Source of the DNA: Gemmatimonadota bacterium
GTDB lineage: Bacteria > Gemmatimonadota > Gemmatimonadetes > Palauibacterales > Palauibacteraceae
DNA: 64,000 nt
Reading direction: 5' to 3'
Assembly (NCBI GenBank): GCA_965116475.1
Contig: OZ220691.1
Coordinates: 672,001 to 736,000, forward strand
The notes under the pieces are model-generated. The model saw only the letters and a list, made by a program, of their open reading frames with translations. It searched no databases and had not been told where the DNA came from. Positions within the stretch are counted from its first letter, which is position 1; each line of letters opens with the position of its first letter. Positions 49,047 to 57,371 of the stretch are shown here, in pieces. The translations under genes and the position numbers were made by a program.

Positions 49047-50186
49047 CTATTTCGTCCAGACGACCACCGCGCCGCACCTTGCGTCGGAGCCGGCAAACTC
49101 GGCTGGGAGCTGCGCGGGGCCCTGGTAGACTTCCACTCCGGCCACTTCAACGGGCAGCACGAATTCGTCCACCGCACCGCCCCGCAGCAGGACGCCATCC
49201 ACGTAAGTGTTCATCGTGCAGCCTCCCGGAGAAAACCCCTGCGAGAATCGCGGATTCACCAGTTGACAGCTGTTGATCCCGCTGCCGCTGCACCGGAGTC
49301 GGATTCCGGGTGCGTCGGCAATCATGTGGCTGATGCGGAGTGGTCGTCGCCGATCAATGTCCTCTACCGTGAAGAACGTGCCACCGCTAACCAACTCGCC
49401 CCAAAACTTGCGCTCGTAGAACCCCACGATCTCCAGCCGTCGCGGTCGGATCACGGTTGCCACGAGCGGCTCCATCTCCAGAGGCTCTGCCGGCAGTGCG
49501 ATCTCGAGTTCCGTGGTGAGTCCTGACGTCACCGACAGCGGATGCAGAAGGCGCGCATACCCTATCCGGCGTATCTCCAAGTGCTGTTGGCCGGCAAGTA
49601 TACCGCTCAAGGCGAAGTGCCCTTGCCGATCGGTCTCGACAGCGGTGGCCCGGCCGACCAGTGACACGGCGACCGCGCTCAGCGGACGATTCGTCTGAGC
49701 GTCCACCACGCGCCCGACTACCCGGCCCGGCTCCACCGTACCAAAGAGCACCCGGAGTTCGACAGCGTGCGCGGCGGCGGGGTCCAACTGGACAACCGCT
49801 TGCTCGCTCGAATTGTCGCCAAGCTCGGCCCAGATCGTGGCGTGTCTGGCGTCCATGGGGACGCAGAGGAAGAGGCCCCCGTCCGCTCCCGCCGCTTCGC
49901 GCACCGGCCTACTTACGCCGTCCGTCCAGAGGAGAACCACGGTGGCCCCGGGTAGAGGGATCACACCGGACTGGTCGGTGACGGTTACCAGCAGGGAGGC
50001 CCGGTCGTCACACGTCTCGGGCTGCTGCGCCTCTGCCGCGACTGCACCGGACGCGAGTTGTACCGCAACCACGACCGCAACAACAATCGCAGGCATCCAT
50101 TCCGGCGGTCCCCAGTGCAGGCGACCGATACGAACGCGCCGATCTCGTCGAGGTCGGGTGTCAGGTGATTGCCGCTTGGAGGTCAC
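49047..50186 (-). CDS. Carboxypeptidase-regulatory-like + TonB-plug domain protein
   Basis: Full-length paralog ending CGAVVVWTK. Start is 50186 or 50096. Confidence 0.8.
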   Translation of the reverse strand: MTSKRQSPDTRPRRDRRVRIGRLHWGPPEWMPAIVVAVVVAVQLASGAVAAEAQQPETCDDRASLLVTVTDQSGVIPLPGATVVLLWTDGVSRPVREAAGADGGLFLCVPMDARHATIWAELGDNSSEQAVVQLDPAAAHAVELRVLFGTVEPGRVVGRVVDAQTNRPLSAVAVSLVGRATAVETDRQGHFALSGILAGQQHLEIRRIGYARLLHPLSVTSGLTTELEIALPAEPLEMEPLVATVIRPRRLEIVGFYERKFWGELVSGGTFFTVEDIDRRRPLRISHMIADAPGIRLRCSGSGINSCQLVNPRFSQGFSPGGCTMNTYVDGVLLRGGAVDEFVLPVEVAGVEVYQGPAQLPAEFAGSDARCGAVVVWTK

Positions 50187-51469
50187 TTCGGATTGTGCCC
50201 CGTTTCACCGGGAGACCGCGGGCCGGCTGCGCCTGCGCCGCGGCGAGAGGGATCGCGGCGGCGCGGTCCGCTTGCTTCGGATAAATCTCTTCGAACAATC
50301 CATCCGGCGGCTTCGGCGTCGGGAGGCCCCGTAAACTCGAGCACCTCTCCGCTCGTGGTAAGCGGAACGGCAACCGGCCAGACGGTAGTCCCGATACCAG
50401 CCTCGACCAGCAGCCGGTGAAGAAGGACCGGTGAGCGGATTTCCCACTTGCGGACGAACCAGCGATCCGCCGCAAGCTGTTCGAAATCAAACCGGCCGCC
50501 GAATTGGGACTCCTTGATCTCGGTTCGGCGAAAACTGATGCGGCGATACCGGGATGACAGTTCCGCCCGCAACGACGGCTCCAAGTGCCGTCGCAGAAAC
50601 GGACGCAAGGAAGTGTACTGGAACTCCAGTTCCTCCGGTCCTCCATCGACTCTGTTGATCCACAGCACGCCCTCGACATCAACAACTCGCCGATTCGGCT
50701 TCGGTTCGAACCCCAGTCCGAGCCTCCGTTCATTCTCGCTCGCGACCGGCCGCAGGCAATGCGTCGCCAAGAAGCCGGGTGACGCCAGCGCGCTTTCGTC
50801 CGGGGCGTAGAACGTCGTCAGAGAATCGCCGATCACTTCCGCGTATCCGTACACCTCAAGGTGATTCGGTGAAGCGTTGTCGAAGTACCGCTCCACGACG
50901 ACAGTTGCCGTGTCCTGGGCGTAGTGGCGTCCGCCGCGCTTCCACACGACGGTTGGCCGTATGGTCCGCATCCGCAGTGACCCAAGATCCGTGGAGGCAA
51001 TCGAGGTGAGGATCGGGAGGATCGACTCGTAGAGCGCGAAGGCCTGGGTCCGTTCTTGACGGGTCGTTGGACAGTCGTTTTGCGCCGACGCCGACAACTC
51101 CGGAAGCGGAATCGGTTTGATCGGGACACGTAGGAGTATCGTTCGTGACTCCGATATCGACGCGATATGGAGGGTATCCGATGCCCAGGACTGATAGCCG
51201 ATGCGCGTTACCCGGACGCGATAAACGCCCGGTGGGGGAACCGGCAGGCTGAACGCCCCCCGTCCGTTCGAGAGCGTCTCGCCTGAGACAGCATCCTCCG
51301 AGTTGATCAATGCGACCACTGCGCCTTCAACTGGCAGGCCCTCGCCCTCCGCGACGAGAAACCCACTCAGGCGCGTACCTGCATCCTGAGCTGCGAGGAA
51401 AGACGCAGCCAGCATGAACCCGGCGCTCGTCGCCAGAACTGCACTCCCGAAGGCGCTTCGACGCCTCAT
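50183..51469 (-). CDS. Carboxypeptidase-regulatory-like domain protein; 3' end fused to an anti-sigma remnant
   Basis: ATGA overlap at 51469, signal peptide, GRGAFSL...RIGYQ, FYAPD...FLATHC...GLGFEP...DVEGVLW. Confidence 0.7.
   Translation of the reverse strand: MRRRSAFGSAVLATSAGFMLAASFLAAQDAGTRLSGFLVAEGEGLPVEGAVVALINSEDAVSGETLSNGRGAFSLPVPPPGVYRVRVTRIGYQSWASDTLHIASISESRTILLRVPIKPIPLPELSASAQNDCPTTRQERTQAFALYESILPILTSIASTDLGSLRMRTIRPTVVWKRGGRHYAQDTATVVVERYFDNASPNHLEVYGYAEVIGDSLTTFYAPDESALASPGFLATHCLRPVASENERRLGLGFEPKPNRRVVDVEGVLWINRVDGGPEELEFQYTSLRPFLRRHLEPSLRAELSSRYRRISFRRTEIKESQFGGRFDFEQLAADRWFVRKWEIRSPVLLHRLLVEAGIGTTVWPVAVPLTTSGEVLEFTGPPDAEAAGWIVRRDLSEASGPRRRDPSRRGAGAAGPRSPGETGHNPK
50223..50323 (-). 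pseudogene. Fragment of a second anti-sigma gene
   Basis: Aligns without gaps to 59283-59383 (PPDGLFEEIYPK in both). Confidence 0.8.
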
Positions 51470-52704
51470 TCGCCCGACCGTTGGACGCGGAACATGCGAA
51501 TCGTCGGCAACCCGAAGGCGTCCCGCGACTCCGCCCACACCAGGTCGCCCCGAACGGCCAGCAGCCGAGCATCGTCGGGGAGGGACACATATGACACATC
51601 CCTTTCCCCCGCGACGACCAGCCAGTCGTTGGTGCGTCCAGACGTATCTGAGACATCGAACCACATCGCGACTCCGGAGTCGATCAGCACACCCCCCTCT
51701 CCGATTCCACGTCCGCGGTTCCGCACCGGCGGATAGTAGTCGGGTTCGTCAAGGGCATCAAGAACCGCGCTGATGCCCGCCGCGCGGCTCGGGAACACCC
51801 CCAACCCTACCATACGCTCCACCGCCCCGAGGTCCGCCGCCCATTTTCGTATCTCCGGTGTCTCAAGAGGGCGTGGCACATACGGGATGCTTATGGAGTC
51901 CGTACTCCGTTGGAGGACGCTGTGGCGTTCCACTACGAAAGAAGCCCGGGACCTGCTCGGCTTCGGCCGTCGAACGACTGCAACTGTTCGGCCGGACGGA
52001 TCGAGCGAAAACATGTCACTGTGCGAGAAAGGGTTGCGAAGTTGCAAGCCGCCGCCACCGGCCGGCACGGCGACCGATAGTGATCGACCAGCAAGATTCA
52101 GCACAGTAACAGTCGTTGCTTCAACATCGGCCTGATGTCCAATCGCATCGTAGGCAAGGACCTCAAGAACCGCCCCCTCCCTTGCCCACCTTAGCGCGAC
52201 GACCCGTCGATCCGCCAGTACCGCGAACGGTTGGAGTCGATTGCCTTCCGCGGTGGCCGCCCCCCATGTCGCCGGACCGATATCCGCGAGGAATGTTCCG
52301 GTAGTAGAATCATACAGATTGATCCGAGGTCGTCCCGCGTCAACGACCCAGAGGGTGTCTTGCCCCAGCAACCCGAGACGCCATGGCGAAAGGAACTCGC
52401 CAGGCCCTTCTCCCCACCGGCCAATCTGTCGACGGAATGTACCATCTGCGTCAAAAGCCAGTATTCCGTCTATCTGTACATCCAGGAGGAATATGGAACC
52501 ATCGGCACCCGGGATCAAGTGTTCAACGTAAGTTAACGGGATGCTGTCCGGGACGGCCAGATTGGACATGTGGACAAGTGTGTCACGCCTATCCTGAGCT
52601 TTGGCCTCCTCCAGTGCGGCGAGGGTCAATACGACAACCGGCAGCACCCCACCGAGAGATCGCAGCTGTCCGGCCCACCAGCCGGGAATCACGGTCTTTT
52701 TCAT
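51466..52704 (-). CDS. Secreted 6-bladed beta-propeller protein
   Basis: GGAGG RBS, IGRWGEGPGEF, DTLWVVD, C-terminal RDAFGLPTI. Confidence 0.8.
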   Translation of the reverse strand: MKKTVIPGWWAGQLRSLGGVLPVVVLTLAALEEAKAQDRRDTLVHMSNLAVPDSIPLTYVEHLIPGADGSIFLLDVQIDGILAFDADGTFRRQIGRWGEGPGEFLSPWRLGLLGQDTLWVVDAGRPRINLYDSTTGTFLADIGPATWGAATAEGNRLQPFAVLADRRVVALRWAREGAVLEVLAYDAIGHQADVEATTVTVLNLAGRSLSVAVPAGGGGLQLRNPFSHSDMFSLDPSGRTVAVVRRPKPSRSRASFVVERHSVLQRSTDSISIPYVPRPLETPEIRKWAADLGAVERMVGLGVFPSRAAGISAVLDALDEPDYYPPVRNRGRGIGEGGVLIDSGVAMWFDVSDTSGRTNDWLVVAGERDVSYVSLPDDARLLAVRGDLVWAESRDAFGLPTIRMFRVQRSGE

Positions 52705-52929
52705 CGTTACCTCCGCCTCGACCCCCGCGCGTTAGCAACCGGAGACCCTCGCCGGGCCTTCCAGGCCTCCGGTCGCCGACGCCTACTGGTCAAGCTAGAT
52801 CGTGTTCGACTCGGTTCTTCGTCGCATGTCGGTACTCTCTTCCGAAGCGTACGATCTCGCTACGATGCGACCTTGGCAATCCCGAACGTACTTTGCGTCC
52901 GGGCCTTGCGCGGCGAACAGGTTAGTCAC

Positions 52930-53096
52930 GCGCGCGCCGGAGACGAGCGCCACCTGCGCCTTCAGCTTGGGCGTGTACCGCCGCCGTGCCATGTCGACCT
53001 CCTTCCGGCCTGCCAGGTTCCACCCTGTGCAGCACCGTGCCCGGAGGTCAAACGTCACAAAGGGGAGGTGTCCAGGATATGGGGGTCATATCCCCA
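52930..53096 (-). mobile_element. IS3-family remnant (left IR and start of orfA)
   Basis: TGGGGATATGACCCCCATATCCTGGACACC resembles an IS3-family end. It is followed by AGGAGG and MARRRYTPKLKAQVAL, then breaks off. Confidence 0.65.
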
Positions 53097-53122
53097 CCTC
53101 ACGGTCCATATCGTTTCTCCCG

Positions 53123-54025
53123 TTACGCCAAGGTACCATCGTTGATTGAGCAGCTCCGTCTCGGAACTGGAGTTTCGCCACCCGCCAAGGCGGAAAATCT
53201 ATCGATGCGGGCGATCGTGTGGTATCCTGCGAGCGCATTCGAACTCCCTGTACTGTACTGGCCGGGCACCAGAGCGCCCTGCTCGAACACGGGCACCGGC
53301 TTGAACGTCCCGGGAGGCGCGCCGAGTTCGCCGACCGAATCGCCCTCGGCGTTGAGGATGGCCATGGGGTATCGGAGAGAAGACGCCAGGTAGATCGAGT
53401 CGCCCGCCACCGCGAACGGGAAGCCGATAATCGACATCCAGTAAGGTCTTTCGACGGGCACGAACGGCAGGGAGTGAGCGCTCCAGACAACGCTCTGTCG
53501 CTTCACGCGATGCAGCAACAGGGGCTGCCGGAAGAAGCGTGATGCGTCTTCGGTCCACTCGGTGAGCAGGTTCATTCGCACGAGCAGATCGTCGCCCAGC
53601 GATTCGACCCGCCGCGGAACGCCGGGAAGCGACACCAGAGTATCCGGCCGCAGGTCGCTCGTGAGGTAGGTCAGTCCGGCTTGACCACCGTCTGCCACGA
53701 CGACGCGTCCTGCGGGCGTTTCGGTGACGCTTCCGATCCGCTGAAACTCGAACGGGCCCCGCCCGAATCGCCCGAACGCCGCTTCAAGTCGACCGTCCTC
53801 GTCATAGCTTCGGATTCTGGGGAGATGACCGTCACTCAGCAGGAAACCGCCACGGCGTCGCTCCTGCCAGATTCCCGGAATGGAAATGGAGTCCCGCGGA
53901 TCCTCACCCAGCGTGATGACGGCTTCGGTCGCGAATACCTCCTCCAGCGTCGCCCGAACCGCGGGTCGACTAGAGGTGGCATCGGACGTACACGCAACAC
54001 CCCGCAAGGCAGGTGAGGACAGCAA
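53123..54025 (-). pseudogene. Degraded paralog of propeller 41085..42197
   Basis: Shares FGRFGxGPFEF and PVERPYW. The terminal FPPWRVAKL sits in a shifted frame after an internal deletion, and the N-terminus looks truncated. Confidence 0.75.
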
Positions 54026-54052
54026 GAACCCGTAACGTTCGCCTGATTACGT

Positions 54053-54365
54053 TCAGCAACTTCGGCGGGACACGTCGGCCTCGAGCCGCAGCGTCATCAC
54101 GTAGTCGATGCCCAGGGGATCGGACGCCACGGCGTGGATGACGCCGGAGGGGCCGACCTCCGTTACCGCCACGGGGTAGGGTACGGAGGCCGAAAGGTCG
54201 AACAGGCGCACGTCCTTCCAGCCGGGGTCGAGTACGTAGATTCGACCGGCTGAATCCACCGCGAGATCGTGGATGTCACCGAACACATCGGGTCCCGACC
54301 CCTCGGCACGCCCGAGGCGTGACTCCTCGACGAGTTGAAACTCGCCGGCCTGGGCGGCAAGCGAA
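54053..54365 (-). pseudogene. Internally deleted duplicate of propeller 44572..45621
   Basis: Near-identical DNA at both ends. The middle is lost (RLFD|LSASVPY), and so are the RBS and start codon. Confidence 0.85.
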
Positions 54366-54377
54366 CGGCACGATAAG

Positions 54378-54408
54378 GTATGGACTCTGCCGACGCTCGG
54401 AAGGTCAC
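54378..54408 (-). promoter_or_regulatory. Putative ECF promoter (copy D)
   Basis: GTGACC-N17-GTCCATAC, a duplicate of copy A. Confidence 0.7.
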
Positions 54409-54457
54409 GAGGTTGGCGTGCGGCCAAGGCCGGACCTCTCTCGGCAGCGACGTCAGG

Positions 54458-55081
54458 CTACTTGGTCCAGACGACAACCACGCCGCATTGCGAATCGGAC
54501 CCGCCGAACTCGGCCGGTAGGGATGCCGCCCCCTTGTAGACCTGTAGCTCGTGCCGCCCCGCCGGCACGCCGGTCAGCCGGAAAAAGCCCTGCCTGTCGC
54601 TTCCGGCCTCCGTCGGCCGGCCGACGACGCTTACAGCCGCCGTCGGCACGGGACGACCGGTCTCCGTGTCGACCACGCGTCCGATCAGACGTCCCGACCG
54701 CACCGAACTCAGGATGCGCAGGCGGACCTCTCGCTCCTCCCCGGCTACGATGCCCTCCGGCGCCGCCTGTCCGCTCGAATGATCCCCGAATTCCGCCCAC
54801 ACGACCGCCTCACTCGCGTCGCGCGGAACGCAAACCCGAAGACGGCCATCTGCATCCGTCGCCTCCCGCACCGGCATGCGTTCCGCATCGGTCCAGCGAA
54901 GAACCACCGTGGCCCCAGGCAACGCGATGCTCCCGTACTCGTCCAGCACGGTGACGAGAAGCGAGGCCCTGTCACCGCAGTCTCCCTCCTGTCCGGCCGC
55001 CGCTTCGAAGCTCACTCCGATCAGCGTGATGAGGGTGACCACCCGCGCCACCCAGTACTGTTTCAGGTCAGGCATGTGCAT
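54458..55081 (-). pseudogene. Internally deleted duplicate of plug-only protein 45750..46769
   Basis: In-frame junction RHELQV|YKGAASLPAEF removes most of the plug domain. Confidence 0.8.
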
Positions 55082-55189
55082 CCTCGGTAGGCGGCATCGT
55101 CGAACGTTGCTCGTGCCGGCTCAAGGTCCCATATCGTTTCTCCCGTTACCGCCGAGCGGCTCCGTCTCGATGGGATGCGACGTGTCAAC

Positions 55190-55220
55190 GTATGGACGCG
55201 GCAAACGACCGGCAGGTCAC
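55190..55220 (-). promoter_or_regulatory. Putative ECF promoter (copy E)
   Basis: GTGACC-N17-GTCCATAC. Confidence 0.7.
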
Positions 55221-55290
55221 GAAAGTCAGCAAGGCGTGATGGCGTCCGGGTCGGGAGATCGCGGCGCACCCATTAGGGCGGAGGTCTTCG

Positions 55291-56589
55291 TCAACTCGGC
55301 AGCCCTCGACATTCGCGACCGGGTGCAGCGGCACCGTCGTTTCGTTCGAAGACGCTCACATAGGATTCGCCAAACGTTCCTACCGACGTGGTGAGAACGG
55401 ACGAGCGGGTTGCGTGCAGGAAGCGATGACCCTCCGGAAGCTCCATCACGCGCGACGTTCCCTCCTGCGGCCGGACTGCGACCCACGACCTCGACCCCTC
55501 CTCGTCCCCGGCTTCCAGTTGCAACCACAGCTCGCCGGGAACCCCGCTCCTGATGCTCCGTACCGGAAGCAGGACATCCCGCGCGGGTACAGCCAGTGCT
55601 CTTTCCCGCAGTGTTTCAGACACCTGCGACAACAGTGGTGTGGTCGACTGCAGATAGTCGTACCGCTCGCTCCTCCTCCGTCGCTCCTTCTCTTCGATCC
55701 CGGCTGGCACCGGTGCGCCCTCCAGACCCAGGTGGATCCGCGTCGCTACCGTCCCATCTCCTCGCATACCGACTACAGATGCCTCAGCTGTGTCGACGAG
55801 ATACAGAAGGTCGTCGTTCACCGTACCCAAGGTCGTCGCGCCGAACAGAACGCGCCCCGGTTGGATGCGGTCGCCGAGGTCCACGGAGTACATCTCGGCA
55901 CCGGGCACGTGGGCAAGAAGCGACCAGTCACCTTGCGGGCTTCGGCGCAGGTACCGAATCGGCCTTCGCCAGATACCTCGGCGCTGGCGGTCCGAGAGCC
56001 GTCCCATTTGGGTCTGCGAAGCAACCACCGACCCGTCCTCCAGGAGCCCCAGGCCCAGCGGGGGTGGCGGATCGAGAGAGTGAAGCGTCCTGCTTTCCAG
56101 AAGCTCACCGCCCGGCGACAGCTCGGACATGCGCTGCAGCAGCACGTCCCACACCCAGATCGTCCCGTCGCCGCGCAAACCCATATGGGTTGCCTGTCGA
56201 AACTCACCGGGCCCTTCGCCATCTCTTCCGACGACTCTGATCTGTCGCCCATCCGGTCCGTAGATCAATAGTTCGGTCCACCCGGACAGCACAGCGAACC
56301 GCCCGGATTCCAGGAGCAGCCCGGCCTGAACGCTTCGCATGGGCTCACCGGTATCGTCATCGAGCCCGCCGACCGTGAGGACATGTGTCACGCCGATCCT
56401 CGGAAGGTTGCTCGCCGGTCGCGGGTCGTTGTACGTCCAGACGCCCTCGGCGTCCACCGAGCACTCACCGGACAGATCCGAGTATTGGTCCGACGCAGGC
56501 GCATCGCTGGAACACGCAGCAGCACCAATCGCCGCACACAGGGTTGGGACCAAAACGGAGGACGAGAAACTCTTCTTGCGCCGTGCCAT
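55291..56589 (-). CDS. 6-bladed beta-propeller lipoprotein
   Basis: AAAC lipobox, VGRDGEGPGEF, GTIWVWD, C-terminal GTFGESYV. Confidence 0.8.
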   Translation of the reverse strand: MARRKKSFSSSVLVPTLCAAIGAAACSSDAPASDQYSDLSGECSVDAEGVWTYNDPRPASNLPRIGVTHVLTVGGLDDDTGEPMRSVQAGLLLESGRFAVLSGWTELLIYGPDGRQIRVVGRDGEGPGEFRQATHMGLRGDGTIWVWDVLLQRMSELSPGGELLESRTLHSLDPPPPLGLGLLEDGSVVASQTQMGRLSDRQRRGIWRRPIRYLRRSPQGDWSLLAHVPGAEMYSVDLGDRIQPGRVLFGATTLGTVNDDLLYLVDTAEASVVGMRGDGTVATRIHLGLEGAPVPAGIEEKERRRRSERYDYLQSTTPLLSQVSETLRERALAVPARDVLLPVRSIRSGVPGELWLQLEAGDEEGSRSWVAVRPQEGTSRVMELPEGHRFLHATRSSVLTTSVGTFGESYVSVFERNDGAAAPGRECRGLPS

Positions 56590-56596
56590 GAGCTGA

Positions 56597-57154
56597 TCAC
56601 CAGGGGTGAGAGGCTGGATCGTTGCGTCGGTGAGCATAGCCTGAACCGATGCGACCCTCCGTGATCCATCCGCCGGCGAACCACGTTCCGTCCGAAGCGC
56701 GCACGAGCGCTCCGGCGATCGGACCGTTCAGCGGGACGGTTTCGGGGTTCACTTCCGCCCCGGCTTCGATCTCCGGCAGGGACAACCGCGTGAGGCGCTG
56801 ATGGATGCCATCGAGGATCCAGACCTCGTCGGGCGATTCCGCAGCCCCGATGACGACCTGCTCCGGATCCTTGAACTCGCCCGGGCCGTCGCCCTGGCGG
56901 CCGTAGGAACCGAGGCGCCCCGGCGTCTCGAGATCGACGACGTGAACCGACGGCTCCAGCAGCGCGTCCAGCGCCACCACGCGGTCCCCAGCCAACGCGA
57001 TCTCAACGATCCAGCCGAGCGAGTCGTCCGCGAAGACGGCGTCCGGCGTCAACTCGGCCGGGCTGCCGGCATCGACCGTGGCCGGTTCCGCCTGACGACA
57101 GGCGCCGACCGCCAGAACCGCGACGGCCGACAGCCCGATCGCTGACCGCCTCAT
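56597..57154 (-). pseudogene. Truncated TolB/BF3164-like propeller lipoprotein
   Basis: VGAC lipobox, YGRQGDGPGEF. Only about 185 aa, with a non-propeller-like tail. Confidence 0.65.
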
Positions 57155-57164
57155 CGCGACTCCA

Positions 57165-57371
57165 CTAGGGCTCAACACAGCGCGGCAGCCGGTTTCGCTC
57201 CTGCATGTCCGGGCAGATGCAGTCCACCTTGGATATGCTGCCGCACCCCTCTTCCGTACACGACGCGGCGGAGAGCCTGAGACCGACGGGGGCATCCGCA
57301 TCTGCGGTGACCGGAACAGCCGCCACGATTACCGCGAACGCTGCCGTGGCCAAGAAACGCTTGAAGCTCAT
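57165..57371 (-). CDS. Small secreted Cys-rich peptide 3 (68 aa)
   Basis: GGAGG RBS, MSFKRFLATAAFAVIVAAVPVTADA signal. Mature region has Cx4Cx7CxCx11C. Confidence 0.78.
   Translation of the reverse strand: MSFKRFLATAAFAVIVAAVPVTADADAPVGLRLSAASCTEEGCGSISKVDCICPDMQERNRLPRCVEP

Noticed and set aside
50157-50186. GTGACCT box at the start of the 49047..50186 gene as a further promoter copy
   Set aside because: No GTCCATAC-like box at the 17-nt spacing.
44572-55081. Diversity-generating retroelement (template/variable repeat pair)
   Set aside because: No reverse transcriptase in the window, and the copies differ mainly by large deletions, not by evident adenine-specific changes.
45650-55260. Dispersed repeats as a possible CRISPR array, integron attC sites or MITEs
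   Set aside because: They are kilobases apart, bipartite with a fixed spacer, not palindromic, and no cas or integrase gene is present. A promoter or duplication origin fits better.
37685-57371. Cys-rich peptides as classical RiPP precursors (ranthipeptide, bufferin, lanthipeptide)
   Set aside because: No radical SAM/SPASM, MNIO, LanM, YcaO or peptidase-ABC gene nearby. The only radical SAM gene is miaB. Sec-type signals and Dsb-like neighbours point to disulfide folding.
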